NCBI GenBank assembly: GCA_964016885.1
Contig: OZ024744.1
Span: 40,114,001-40,178,000 of the forward strand
Reading direction: 5' to 3'
Source of the DNA: Eledone cirrhosa
Taxonomy: Eukaryota
Length of the DNA stretch: 64,000 bases
Shown here: positions 1 through 11,968 of the stretch, piece by piece
Numbering within the stretch: the stretch's first letter is position 1
Layout: each line of letters opens with the position of its first letter
Made by a program: the position numbers and the translations under genes
The notes under the pieces: generated by a model
Told to the model about the DNA's origin: nothing
Seen by the model: only the letters and a program-made list of their open reading frames with translations
Databases searched by the model: none

Positions 1-59
1 ACATACATACATACATACATACATACATACATACATACATACATACATACATACATACA

Positions 60-141
<82 letters not shown>
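1..141. repeat. (ACAT)n/(AT)n microsatellite
   Basis: Direct reading of tandem units. Confidence 0.98.
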
Positions 142-145
<4 letters not shown>

Positions 146-559
146 GGCTATCTATGTGGTTGAGTGTTTCCAAGGAGATCTTAGGGCTTCAATATCTTTC
201 TGAATATAAAATCTTTTATTCTTTGAGCTTGTTTTCTATTTACTATAATTTTCCTTCTTTCTAGTAGGTTCTGCAGAATTTTAACCATGCATTGAGGTCA
301 CATATATAATATTTATGCTGGTCTCTGTTTTGTGTTATAATTTTTCATTTGTGGAGTCTTATGTGTAGTGCATGTACTGGGTTCTCTTGTAATGCTTCCA
401 TTAGTTTCTGATATTTTTATGTGTAGTCGGTTGTTTTGTTTTATTTTCAGTGTGAATTATGTCTGTAAGTTTTTCTATTTCAGTATTTGAGATCTTTTTA
501 TTTATTTATTTTTTTTGTGGGAATCTCTGCACATTTACGTGAGTGTTTGCAGGGATATT

Positions 560-972
560 TTTTTTCACTAAATCAGATAGTACTACCACGTTTCCAATGA
601 AGATCTGCGTATGTGCATGCATCAACCCGCAGCCTCCTGCCACGTCGCCATCCACCACATGTGCTGGTACAGATATGACCTCTGCTGTCTGCCGCCAGAT
701 TATCCTACCAGAGCCATACTCTCATTTGACACAGCAGCTGTGAGCTGGAAGAGGCCCTGTGGCAAACCTTGCACTAGATAGGTGGATGTGATTAAGAAAT
801 ATCTCCAGAGGCTCGACATCACCTTGGAGGATGCAGAGGGGCTGGCAAGGGACTGCCAGTGGTGGAAGGTACTGGTGAACCTGGTTGGTACCATGCATGA
901 TGACACCTCTGGGATCACTGACCGAGGATGATTCCAGTTTCATCAAGCAAGAGTTAGAAGAAAGAAAGAAGA
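560..972 (+). mobile_element. Degenerate 3' fragment of an RTE-type LINE
   Basis: Broken frame reads PDYPTRAILSFD..WKRPCGKPCTR*VDVIKK..ARDCQWWK, like the RTE C-terminal 'R.RGRP..RW.D.I..D..A.DR..W' motif; ends in a short GAA/GAAA tail. Confidence 0.65.
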
Positions 973-1082
973 GACATTTTTTCCTTCTCCATTACTACGT
1001 TATCTTGTTCAGTGCTTAATCCTTTTGTCACCAACATGATTCTGTAAAACAAATCCTCCCATTTTAAGAATTCTTATCTATA

Positions 1083-1687
1083 CAGTGAATGTTCGTTTAT
1101 CCGGATAAGAGAATTCTAAAATCCCATTGTTAGATAATGCTTGTGGTTTCTAATGTTTTGGCTTCTTTTATTCAAAATAAAGGACAAATGCTAAGTAAAT
1201 AAAGTTTATTAGAATAACAAAAGAACAGCTAGAATTTATAAGAAAGTTAATTAAACAAACATAAGAATAACTAAATACTTGGTAAAACTGAATTGAGTCA
1301 AACCATAAAAAGTTAGTACTTTTTTAAAAATGAATAAATAGAAGATTGTTTTCGCGCCGAAGCTCGTAATTCCGCTACCATTTCCATGCAACAGCTGAAC
1401 GGTCAACCACCTCCCTCATATTTATCGCACGTAAAAATGGAATCATTCCCGTGTCCCCTTTTCCGATCAAATCCCGCAGCAATTGTTTTCTGTAAATCCG
1501 CTTTAGTGTCTCCAAAACTCCCTGGTCTATTGGCTGAATAAGTGATGTAACGTTCGTCGGAAGAAATGCTGTCCGAATCTGTCCGTCTGCCGAAATCAAG
1601 TCTTCCTCATCCGGAGGTAGCATAGAAATAGCTGTCCGGTAAATCGAATTTCGGAAAAGTGATATCCGGATAAGCGAAGATGCACTG
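1083..1687 (-). mobile_element. Internally deleted pogo/Tigger (Tc1-mariner superfamily) DNA transposon
   Basis: TIRs CAGTGAATGTTCGTTTATCCGGATA and rc CAGTGCATCTTCGCTTATCCGGATA, both flanked by TA; ORF 1375-1623(-) has FLPTNVTSLIQPIDQGV..LK..YR, the Tigger/Jerky DDE motif. Confidence 0.88.
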
Positions 1688-1771
1688 TATATCTAAAACA
1701 GAGAATGTCTGTCTGTCTGACTCCCTAAAACTTGAGAACCACCCAACCAATTGTTTTCAAATTTTAATTCA

Positions 1772-2404
1772 GGATGTTTGTTTACAAACACACCGAGCAT
1801 TATAATAAATGTTCGGTGAATCCATACGTACATATATATATGTGTGCATGTATGTATATATATATATACATACTACTGTACGTCTGTATACATATATGTA
1901 TGTACGTGTACATACTTATATTTAAGTAACAGCCGTACTAAGAGTGGGAAATGAAATTTCGTTTCATTTTTTCCGTTTATCGTTTTCGGTGCGCCTGGCC
2001 GATTAACTCACTCAATATGCAAATTAGGCTGCTCAGCCATTAAAATACATAAGGAAAGTATATACTTTCAGACGTTCAATCATCTAGCAGGAAGGTATAC
2101 GTTGCTGACGATAGCTAATAAGCTTGAAACTACTACAGCGTTCCTTTGTCAGTGTTGAACAAACGAGCAACGATGGTTGCTGGACACTGCGGCTTAATAC
2201 GGGATGTTTGTTTACAAACACACCGAGCATTATAATAAATGTTCGGTGAATCCATACGTACATATATATATGTTTGCATGTATGTATATATATATATATG
2301 TACTACTTAACGTCTGTATACATATATGTATGTACGTATACATACTTATATTTAAGTAACAGCCGTACTAAGAGTGAGAAATGAAATTTTGTTTCATTTT
2401 TTCC

Positions 2405-2411
<7 letters not shown>
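1772..2411 (+). mobile_element. PLE-like unit: ~210-bp direct repeats (1772-1981, 2202-2411) around a spacer with a hammerhead-like core
   Basis: Near-identical repeats starting GGATGTTTGTTTACAAACACACCGAGC; CTGACGA..GAAAC at 2105-2130. Confidence 0.6.
2100..2140 (+). ncRNA. Degenerate minimal type I hammerhead ribozyme
   Basis: cgttg CTGACGA t-agct-aata-agct-t GAAAC tacta cagcg; stems I and II pair, but stem III has a C/C mismatch. Confidence 0.5.
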
Positions 2412-2461
<50 letters not shown>

Positions 2462-3060
2462 CGTACAGATATTTTTGCATACACAATAACAAAATATAAA
2501 CAAACGTATTTATTTCACGAGGCTCGATAAGGATAAATATATATCAAATATATAAAAAACCCTAGAACAAATCGCAAGCAACGCCGGGCCATTCTGCTAG
2601 TATAAACTAAAATCTTCCAACATAATTTTATATAAGAATCATACATTAAATTTCTATCTTAGTAATGGAATAATTAATAATTCATGTGTGATGTTTCACT
2701 TGTGCTATTGAATAGAATGTGTCTTCCATAGGATGTTGACTGTGCTTGTCAGATAGGTCACAGCTGGACCATCTTTCAGAAAATGTCTATTATTCTTAGT
2801 TCTTGTTATTGTTGTTATTGTTATCAATGTTATCATAGTTATTGTTAAATTTAAATCAACAATACCAAAAATAAGAACAACAAGAACTGCAAAAATATCA
2901 ATCAAACAATAATAATATTATCACCATCATTTTACGTCAAATGTTTATTTACATAACTCTACGTTCTGCGTTCAAAATAACAAGGGAATATTGGTTGATT
3001 ATATAACAATTGTTTGCTTGTTTGAATAAAAAACAATGTATGGCTATTTTTATTACATTA

Positions 3061-3245
3061 TTTAGGCACAAGGTCAGCAATTATCCAGTGCATTACTGGT
3101 ACTTTATTTTATCGACCCCGTAAGGATGAAAGGCAAAGTCCCACCGAGGTTGACTTTGCCTTTCATCCTTACGGGGTCGATAAAATAAAGTACCAGTAAT
3201 GCACTGGGTAATTGCTGGCCTTGTGCCTAGAGTAGAAACAATTAT
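3061..3245. mobile_element. Two inverted 5'-truncated SINE-A copies forming a palindrome
   Basis: 3061-3140 is the reverse complement of 3152-3231 (GACTTTGCCTTTCATCCTTACGGGGTCGATAAAATAAAGTACCAG..). Confidence 0.9.
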
Positions 3246-3384
3246 TTAGCAGCTCCATTACCAAAAGATTTCTTTATTTTTCAAATAAGACACAGTGGCT
3301 ATATCATCAACCTATTGTATTTTTAGTATTTCTGTATTATTTATCATTGCCCAATCATAAGTTACTATGCTGTTCAAAATTACA

Positions 3385-3655
3385 TGATTGTATGGTTGTG
3401 AATTTGATTCTTTGCAGTGCATTGTGTCTTTGAACAAGACACTTTATTTCATGTTGCTCCAGCAGTCACCTCAGTTGACAAAAATGAGGTGTATCTATAA
3501 TTCTTCAAAGGGCCAGTCTTGTCAGACACTGTGTCATGTTGAATCACCCTGAGAATCGTATCAAGTTTATGAAAAGCTCAGCTACTTGCATGTTAATTTC
3601 TTCCCAAGCTTTGTAGTTCAAACTGGAACACTCATTGTCAAGACTGAGGGAGGTC
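3385..3655 (+). mobile_element. Old CORE-type SINE copy
   Basis: TTGTGTCTTTGAACAAGACACTTTATTTCATGTTGCTCCAG matches the SINE-B central domain, but the tail differs. Confidence 0.55.
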
Positions 3656-3849
3656 CAACAATATATATTAAGAGCAGCTAATTGACAGTTATTATGGGGT
3701 CAGATTAAATGCCTTGCTAGTTGTTCCTACTCTCTGTACTTTGAGTTCAAATCTTGCTAAAATCAACTTTGTCTTTTATTATCCATTTTTTTTGGAGGGT
3801 GTGAGGTGTTGATAAATAAAGTATCAATATAGGCTGAGTGGATTGGGCA

Positions 3850-5152
3850 GTGGTGGTGGTGGTGTTGCTGTTGGTTGTAGTGGTGGTGGTGTTGCTGTTG
3901 GTTGTAGTGGTGGTGGTGTTGCTGTTGGTTGTGGTGGTGTTGCAGTCGGTTGTGGTGGTGGTGTGGTGTTGCTGTTGGTTCTTGTGGTGGTGGTGGTGGT
4001 GTTGATTGTGGTGGTGGTGGTGTTGCTGTTGATTGTGGTGGTGATGGTGGTGTTGCTGTAGGTTGTGGTGGTGGAGTTGCTGTTGGTTGTGGTGGTGGTG
4101 TTGCTGTTGATTGTGGTGGTGATGGTGGTGTTGCTGTTGGTTGTGGTGGTGGTGGTGATGGTGTGGTGTTGCTGTTGGTTGAGGTGGTGGTGTTGTTGAT
4201 TGTGGTGGTGATGGTGGTGTTGGTGTTGGTTGTGGTGGTGGTGTTGCTGTTGATTGTGGTGGTGATGGTGGTGTTGGTGGTGGTTGTGGTGGTGGTGTGG
4301 TGTTGGTTGTGGTAGTGGTAGTGATGTGGTATTGCTGTTGGTTGTGGTGGTGGTGATGGTGTGGTGTTGCTGTTGGTTGAGGTGGTGGTATTGTTGTTGT
4401 TGGTTGTGGTGGTGGTGTTGCTGTTGATTGTGGTGGTGGTGTGGTGTTGCTGTTGATTCTTATTGTGGTGTTGGTGGTGTTGCAGTTGGTTGTGGTGGTG
4501 GTGGTGGTGGTGTTGCTGTTGGTTGTGGTGGTGGTGTGGTGTTGCTGTTGATTGTGGTGGTGGTGGTGTTGATTGTGGTGGTGTTGCAGTTGGTTGTGGT
4601 GGTGGTGGTGGTGTTGCTGTTGGTTGTGGTGGTGGTGGTGGTGGTGTTGGTAGTGTTGGTGGTGTTGCAGTTAGTTGTGGTGGTGGTGGTGGTGGTGTTG
4701 GTTGTGGTGGTGGTGGTGTTGTTAGTTGAAGTGGTGGTGATGTTGTTGTTGTTGGTTGTGGTGATGGTGGGGTGATGAGGATGATGGTGTTGTTGTTGTT
4801 GGTTGTAGTGGTGGTGGTGGTGTTGGTGATGTTGGTGGTGTTGCAGTTGGTTGTGGTGGTGGTGTGGTGTTGCTGTCGGTTGTGGTTGTGGTGGTGTTGG
4901 TGGTGGTGGTGGTGTTGTGGTGGTGGTAGTGTGGTAGTGGTGGTGGTGTTTGTGGTGTTGTGGTGGTGGTAGTGGTGGTCTGGTGTTGCTGTTGGTTGTT
5001 GTGGTGGAGGTGGTGTTGCTTATGGTGGTGGTGGTGGTGTTACTGTTGGTTGTGGTGTTGTTGTTGATTGTGGTGGTTATGGTGGTGTTTCTGTTGATTG
5101 TGTGGTGGTGGTGGTGGTGGTGGTAGTAGAGCAGCAGCAACAGCAGCAGCAT

Positions 5153-5210
<58 letters not shown>
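3850..5210. repeat. Complex (GGT/GTT)n array followed by (TAG)n
   Basis: Direct reading; produces spurious poly-V/G/T ORFs. Confidence 0.97.
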
Positions 5211-5211
<1 letters not shown>

Positions 5212-5697
5212 AAGTTAGACAATTAAAATAACTTTCAAAACTTGATTCAGTGGAATGATACGTAATGGGGGATAACTCCTTTAGTCTTATTACAATATAC
5301 AACCAAAGCAGGACTGTGTAAGAGGCACTAAATTTACATGTATTTCACATATACAACGTATTTATTGTATGAGACGGAGAGAGTCAGTAATATAAAAATA
5401 GATATAAACATAGGTAAAGTAAAAGATTTATTAATGGATGATAAAAATAATATATTTGGAAATTTCGTTAATGTCCAATACAAAATAGATCGGAGTTTTG
5501 GGGCGGTTTAATTTATTCAGTTATGCCATATGTGGTGATCAAATTTATGTTGTTATATGCTCAAATAACCCCCCCCCCCCCCACACACACACATACACAC
5601 ACATATACACACACATATACACACACTTACACACATAACCACAAATGTATGCAAACACCAAGAATACTAATATATATATTAGAAGATAATATATCGT

Positions 5698-6900
5698 CAC
5701 CAGCACCAGTACTGCCTCAACCACCACCATAACCACCACCACCTCTACCATCACAATTACCACTACCATGCTACTCCTACTCATACTCCTACTCATCATC
5801 ATCTTCATGATCATCACTACCACCACCACTACCATCACCACCACTACCATCATCATCACCACCACCATCATCACCACCAACACCACCATCATTACTACCA
5901 CCACCACCACCACTACCATCACCACCACCACCACTACCATCACCACCACTACCATCATCATCACCACCACCACCACCACCACCACCAACACCACCATCAT
6001 CACCACCACCATCACCACCACCATCATCACTACCACCACCACCACCACTACCATCACCACCACTACCATCATCATCACCACCACCATCATCACCACCACC
6101 ACCACCACCACCACCACTACCATCATCATCACCACCACCATCACCACCACCAACACCACCATCATCACTACCACCACCACCACCACTACCATCACCACCA
6201 CTACCATCATCATCACCACCACCATCATCACCACCACCACCACCACCACCACCACTACCATCATCATCACCACCACCATCACCACCACCAACACCACCAT
6301 CATCACTACCACCACCACCACCACTACCATCACCACCACTACCATCATCATCATCACCACCACCATCACCACCACCAACACCACCATCATCACTACCACC
6401 ACCACCACCACCATCACCACCACTACCACCACCACCACTACCATCACCACCACCACCATCACCACCACCAACACCACCATCATCACCACCACCACCACCA
6501 CCACCACCACCACCACCACTACCACCACCACTACCATCATCATCACAACCACTATCATCACCACCACCAACACCACCATCATCACTACCACCACCACCAC
6601 TACCATCACCACCACTACCACCACCACTACCATCATCATCACCACCACCATCACCATCATCATCACCACCACCATCATCACCATCATCATCACCACCACC
6701 ACCACCACCACTACCATCATCATCACCACCACTATCATCACCACCACCACTACCATCATCATCACCACCAACACCACCATCATCATCACCATCCTCCTCC
6801 TACTCATCATCGTCATAATCATCATCATCATCACTATCACTATACCACCACAACCATTATCATCATCACCATCATCATCACCACCACCAACATCATCATT
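5698..6900. repeat. Complex (CAC/CAT)n array
   Basis: Direct reading; produces spurious poly-T/I/V ORFs. Confidence 0.97.
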
Positions 6901-6940
6901 ATTATTTAAAATCTGTTCTCTCTGATAGCAATATATATTA

Positions 6941-7130
6941 TAATTGTTTCTACTCTAGGCACAAGGCCAGCAATTACCCAGTACATTACTGGTACTTTAT
7001 TTTATCGACCCCGTAAGGATGAAAGGCAAAGTTAACCTTGGCGGAATTTGAACTCAGAATGGCAAGGGCCGTAACTCTATGCGTCAAAGCATGGCGTCCG
7101 ACCCTCTACCGATACTGCCAATCCACCGCC
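6941..7130 (-). mobile_element. Full-length tRNA-derived SINE family A (~190 bp)
   Basis: rc reads GGCGGATTGGCAGTATCGGTAG (A-box-like), GAGTTCAAATTCC (B-box), CCTTTCATCCTTACGGGGTCGATAAA, GTAGAAACAATT; more than 10 copies in the window. Confidence 0.9.
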
Positions 7131-7156
7131 ATATTATAATAAAATGTAATATAATA

Positions 7157-7196
<40 letters not shown>

Positions 7197-7481
7197 CATT
7201 TTATTATAATATATATATATATATATCATATTATATTACTACCTTCTTGCTAGCTACCCAACACCCCTCCCTCCCACCCCCACGCACCACCATTGCTATT
7301 ACGTGGACCAATCATAAAACAGAGCCCCCACGCATCACCAGTATTATTACGCGGACCAATCAGAAACCAGAGGCCTATACTATCGCTTGCCTGGTTGCCT
7401 TTCGATATATGATGGATGGATGGACTGCGGAATCCTGGAGAGTGGAGGTGAGAGAGAGAAAAATCTGGACGCTCAGCGACA

Positions 7482-9878
7482 ATGCCAAAGATAAAGACAA
7501 ATTCACCTCTTGGACGAGAATGCGAGCACTCCTCATTGTTTCGACCGCGGACGGCTAACATAACCCCATCGCCCCCCGCCCCCCACCGACCCCAACCCCC
7601 AAACGTAATCCAAAACTTCAGAGTTGGTACCATAAATGTAGGCACCCTAAAGGGTCGCGCTAACGAGGTTGTAGAAATGCTTGAACGTAAGGAGGTCGAT
7701 GTTTGTTGTATTCAAGAGACCAGGTGGAGGGGTGGGTCTGCTAGGTTCATTGAGGGTAAAAAACGATGTTATAAGCTTTTCTGGGTGGGAAACGACGATG
7801 GGCTGGGTGGAGTAGGAATCATGGTAGCAGAAAAGTGGGCAGATAAGATAATAGACGTAAATAGAGTGAATGACAGAATAATTAAAATAGGACTTGTCCT
7901 CAATAGAACTACGGTGACAGTAATATCTGCGTACACACCCCAATCCGGACTGCCCGGCACTATAAAAGACAGATTCTATGAGACACTGATGCTAACTACC
8001 TCCCAAATATCCGACAGTGACTATATAATTATCGCAGGCGACCTAAATGGTCACGTTGGACAACATTGTGACGGCTACGACGAAATCCATGGAGGCTATG
8101 GGTTTGGTACTAAAAATGAGGAAGGCTCCAGAATCCTGGAATTCTGTGATGCAAATAACCTAACTATCTGTAACACTAACTTCAAAAAACGTGACAATCA
8201 CCTGATCACCTATAGATCCGGGGAACACACAAGCCAGGTAGATTATATCCTTACCAGAAGACGTGACAGAGTGTCTGTTGTAAACACTAAATCCCTCCCC
8301 CATGAAGAATGCACCTCCCAACATAGACTGATAATTAGCGACCTCATAGTCAGGACGAGACGTACTCGACAACAGAAGAGGACTATCCTCAGGAGGAAAA
8401 TATGGAAGCTAAAGGACCCCACAGCCAGGAATAAATTTCAAAGCATATTACTTGATGCTTTCGACAGTAAGGAAGAACATTTAGAGTCGGACAATATAGA
8501 GGGAGAGTGGGAATTTCTGAAAGCAAACTTGCTGTTGGCGACAGACGAAGTCTGTGGCTGGAGCAGGCCTGTAGGCAGGAGGAGAGTAACATGGTGGTGG
8601 AACAGTAAGGTGGAGGGGTCAATTAAGGCCAAAAAGCAGGCTTGGAAAGTATGGCGGGATGGGGGAAGTAGAGAGGACTATCAAGTGGCCAGGAGGGAAG
8701 CTAGGAGACAAGTGTACTTAGCAAGAAGGGAAGCTGAGGAAAGAAAGTTCAAGCATGTTCTACAACGCGATGACCAAAAACGTGAGGTGTTCAGGATTGC
8801 TAGGCAATGCGTCAAGGAAAACCGTGATATTGTCGGGGAGAAGTGTGTACTAAACGACGATGGCACACTTGCCATCACCGACGCTGATAAGCAGGTAGCT
8901 TGGAAGTGTCACTATGAAAGGCTACTAAATGAGGAGAATAATTGGGAGAAAGGCAGTCTCCCCCATATCGACCCAATAGAGGGACCAGCAGTGTTAGTCG
9001 AGGGGAGTATAATAAGTAAGGCAATCAAGGATATGAAGACGGGTAAGGCGGCTGGGCCTTCGGAAATAGTTGCTGAGATGCTGAAGGCATCTGGCACGGT
9101 GGGACACACCATGGTCACCCGCATAATTAACCAAGTCGTACAGAATGGGGTTGTTCCGAAGGACTGGCATAGCAGCATCATCGTTAACTGTTATAAGGGT
9201 AAAGGAGACGCCCTAGATAGGAGTAACTATAGAGGCATTAAATTAATCGACCAGGTCATGAAGGTCACGGAAAAAGTAATAGCGCAACTAATCAGAGAGA
9301 GAATTGACCTAGATGAAATGCAGTTCGGGTTTGTGTCAGGCAAAAGTACCACAGACGCTCTTTTCATAGTACGACAACTACAGGAGAAGTACCTAGCTAA
9401 AGGTAAACCCCTCTACTTAGCTTTTGTCGACTTGGAGAAAGCCTTCGACAGAGTCCCCCGCTCCATTATCTGGTGGGCTCTTAGAAAACTAGGCGTTGAC
9501 GAATGGCTTGTGAGGGCTATACAAGCCATGTATAAAGAAACAGTCAGCAAGGTTAGAATTAACAACGAATATAGTGAAGAGTTTAGCGTAAAAGTTGGCG
9601 TCCATCAGGGCTCTGTTCTCAGCCCACTACTATTTATTATTGCCCTTCAGGCTATAACAGAGGAGTTCAAGACAGGCTGCCCATGGGAACTCCTATACGC
9701 AGACGACCTGACACTCATAGCGGAATCAATGGCCGAGCTAGAGAAGAAATTCCAAACATGGAAGCACGGCCTAGAGTCAAAAGGACTTAAAATTAACCTG
9801 GCTAAGACCAAAGTACTAGTTTGTAGGAAAGAAAACAAGGCGGCGGTCCCTTCTGGGAAATGGTCGTGCTCGGTGTAG
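7482..9878 (+). CDS. RTE ORF, N-terminal part: AP endonuclease + reverse transcriptase
   Basis: GTINVGTL, CIQETRW, AGDLNGHVG, QVDYIL, SQHRL (APE); FVDLEKAFDRV, GVHQGSVLSPLLF, YADDL (RT). Confidence 0.93.
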   Translation: MPKIKTNSPLGRECEHSSLFRPRTANITPSPPAPHRPQPPNVIQNFRVGTINVGTLKGRANEVVEMLERKEVDVCCIQETRWRGGSARFIEGKKRCYKLFWVGNDDGLGGVGIMVAEKWADKIIDVNRVNDRIIKIGLVLNRTTVTVISAYTPQSGLPGTIKDRFYETLMLTTSQISDSDYIIIAGDLNGHVGQHCDGYDEIHGGYGFGTKNEEGSRILEFCDANNLTICNTNFKKRDNHLITYRSGEHTSQVDYILTRRRDRVSVVNTKSLPHEECTSQHRLIISDLIVRTRRTRQQKRTILRRKIWKLKDPTARNKFQSILLDAFDSKEEHLESDNIEGEWEFLKANLLLATDEVCGWSRPVGRRRVTWWWNSKVEGSIKAKKQAWKVWRDGGSREDYQVARREARRQVYLARREAEERKFKHVLQRDDQKREVFRIARQCVKENRDIVGEKCVLNDDGTLAITDADKQVAWKCHYERLLNEENNWEKGSLPHIDPIEGPAVLVEGSIISKAIKDMKTGKAAGPSEIVAEMLKASGTVGHTMVTRIINQVVQNGVVPKDWHSSIIVNCYKGKGDALDRSNYRGIKLIDQVMKVTEKVIAQLIRERIDLDEMQFGFVSGKSTTDALFIVRQLQEKYLAKGKPLYLAFVDLEKAFDRVPRSIIWWALRKLGVDEWLVRAIQAMYKETVSKVRINNEYSEEFSVKVGVHQGSVLSPLLFIIALQAITEEFKTGCPWELLYADDLTLIAESMAELEKKFQTWKHGLESKGLKINLAKTKVLVCRKENKAAVPSGKWSCSV

Positions 9879-10650
9879 GAAAGGCGTAGGTAGAAACTCC
9901 ATTTTATGTCCTAAATGCAAAGTATGGGTGCATAAAAGATGTAGTGGGATCACAGGTAAGCTAACTAAGAACATAGATTTTACATGTGGCCGGTGCTCTG
10001 GTGCAATAAGTAGCAGCAAGTGCCCACAAACTACTAGCTCTTTCAATTGCGCAGAGGGTTCTATAGAAATAGTGGACAGCTTCCGTTACCTGGGCAATAA
10101 AATCAGCAGTGGGGGAGGGTGCTCTGAAAGTACTGTAGCTAGAGTCAGAACTGGTTGGAAAAAGTTCAGAGAGCTTATACCACTATTAGCTGCTAAAGGG
10201 TTCTCACTAAAAATGAAAGGCAGGTTGTACGATGCCTGCATACGAACAGCAATGCTGCATGGCAGTGAGACCTGGGCATTGTGTGCAGAGGATATACGCA
10301 GACTAGAGAGGAACGAAGCTTGCATGCTCCGCTGGATGTGTAACAGTAATATACGTGAACGGCAAAGCATAAACGAACTAAGGAAAAAATTAGAGATAAG
10401 AGGGATCAGATGTTGTTTACTCGAGAGAAGGCTACGTTGGTATGGACACGTGATGCGCATGAAAGTCGATAGCTGTATAACAAAGTGCAGGGCAATAAAG
10501 ATAGACGGTAGTCACGGAATAGGCAGACCTAGAAAAACCTGGGACGAGCTGATAAACTCCGACATCACACACTTACACCTCTCCAAGACAATGTCACTGG
10601 ACCGAGACCTTTGGCGGTACTCAGTAACAGAGAAGACCCGCCTTACCTAA
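9877..10650 (+). pseudogene. RTE ORF, C-terminal part after a 2-bp frameshift (PHD-like finger, RT domain 7, thumb)
   Basis: Restoring TG at ~9875 gives CSVCRKGVGRNSILCPKC, the reading seen in the copies at 26.5 and 31.0 kb; then FRYLG, HGSETW, RLRWYGHVMR, GRPRKTW. Confidence 0.9.
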
Positions 10651-11104
10651 ATATATAGTAAAACCTACTCCAGCCAGTAGGCATCTCTAACAAAATACAC
10701 CCCGTCCCACCCCGCCCACCCCCACCCCATCCACACCACCCCGTTCTATGTAAAGTTATGTTGGTGCCGCGCCATCGAGGCCGAAACAAATGAGATCGTG
10801 TAGGTGTCACGACAAAAAAACACACAGTCCACGCTGTAATGTGGCTGTGTAGGCAACACGGTAAAAACCTCCCAGACCCACACTGTAAATGTGGTTGGTG
10901 TTAGGAAGGGCATCCAACTGTAGAAAACCTGCCAGACAGTCCTATGCGAGCAAGACAATCACTCTTGCCTCAAGTGGGACTACCCCCGTCCAAACCCATG
11001 CAAGCGTGGAACACGGACGTTAAACGTTGATGATGATGATGATGATGATATATAAATGAAAAGTATAGAAATTATTGTGAGCAAGGAGCCACCAGTATTC
11101 CATA

Positions 11105-11136
<32 letters not shown>

Positions 11137-11183
11137 TTGTGTGTGTATGTATATATATGCGTATATATATATATATATATGCG

Positions 11184-11216
<33 letters not shown>

Positions 11217-11217
11217 C

Positions 11218-11345
11218 CTGATGATTTCTAAAGAATGAAACAGTTCTTATCCTGTAGAATCTCATGTATATTAAAATTTTTATACTCTGCAATGTATTGA
11301 GTACCTTACTTACTGTGGTTACCTCCGATTCAACCCGGAATAACG
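11218..11345 (+). mobile_element. Short PLE pLTR tail with a minimal hammerhead-like core
   Basis: CTGATGA tttctaaagaat GAAACAGTT at 11218-11245 followed by an AT-rich tail; inserted in (TA)n; 5' strand of stem I is missing. Confidence 0.4.
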
Positions 11346-11359
11346 TATATATATATATA

Positions 11360-11671
11360 CACTCATGCTTCCCGAAATACGCCAAAACTACACCTGATGT
11401 GCCCCTTCCATACACATGCACACATGTGTGCACTGTTCATTTTACTGATGTTTGTGCATTGCCCTATGTACTGTACATGCACTTTTTTGATGGGTTGTGG
11501 TGCACCTGGGCACTGTGCACAATATTTCATTATTGTTATTGTTATTATATCATGACTCATACACTGTTTATTTTCCTGACATTTGTACATTATTCTATGT
11601 ACTATACATGCACCTTTGATGAGTTGTAGTGCACCTGAGCACTGTACACAATAATTTCATTATTATTATTA
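11360..11671 (+). mobile_element. Tandem 3' ends of the CR1-type LINE
   Basis: Matches 59610-59795 (CACCTTTGATGAGTTGTAGTGCACCTGAGCACTG..(ATT)n). Confidence 0.8.
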
Positions 11672-11834
11672 TATGTATTTATTGAAATAACAGATTAAAG
11701 TTTAAGCAAATAATCACTGCTTTCACCCTTAAGGGGAGTGTAACGTGAAGTTACTGTAGGTTCACCCAGGTGACCACTACATGTTTAGCTTCACATCAGT
11801 AGCGAGGTGTAGAGCTAGACAGAGTGTAATATAA

Positions 11835-11917
11835 TAATTGTTTCTACTTTTGGCACAAGGCCACCAATAACCCAGTACATTACTGGTACTTTATTTATCG
11901 ACCCCGTAAGGATGAAA
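11835..11917 (-). mobile_element. SINE-A 3' half
   Basis: Matches 6941-7025. Confidence 0.85.
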
Positions 11918-11968
11918 TGAGTAATAATACAAGAAGGATTTGTTAAGCCTTTGTTACATTTATTGATT

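Larger units (their letters stand above)
1692..2600 (+). mobile_element. Non-autonomous Helitron-like element
   Basis: A|TC start followed by a (GTCT)n block; 3' end GCAACGCCGGGCCATTCTGCTAG|T (GC-rich subterminal motif, CTAG, insertion between A and T). Confidence 0.6.
7240..11048 (+). mobile_element. Near full-length RTE-type LINE (APE-RT, PHD-like finger, (GAT)n tail)
   Basis: One long ORF broken by a single frameshift; 3' UTR GTTAGGAAGGGCATCC..GGACGTTAAACG(TGA)n; flanked by AT-rich repeats. Confidence 0.95.

Noticed and set aside
3850-6900. (GGT)n and (ACC)n arrays facing each other as a giant hairpin
   Set aside because: Only compositional complementarity; the variant patterns do not mirror each other
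3843-6925. Long ORFs of 280-431 aa (poly-V/T/G)
   Set aside because: They arise from stop-free trinucleotide repeats
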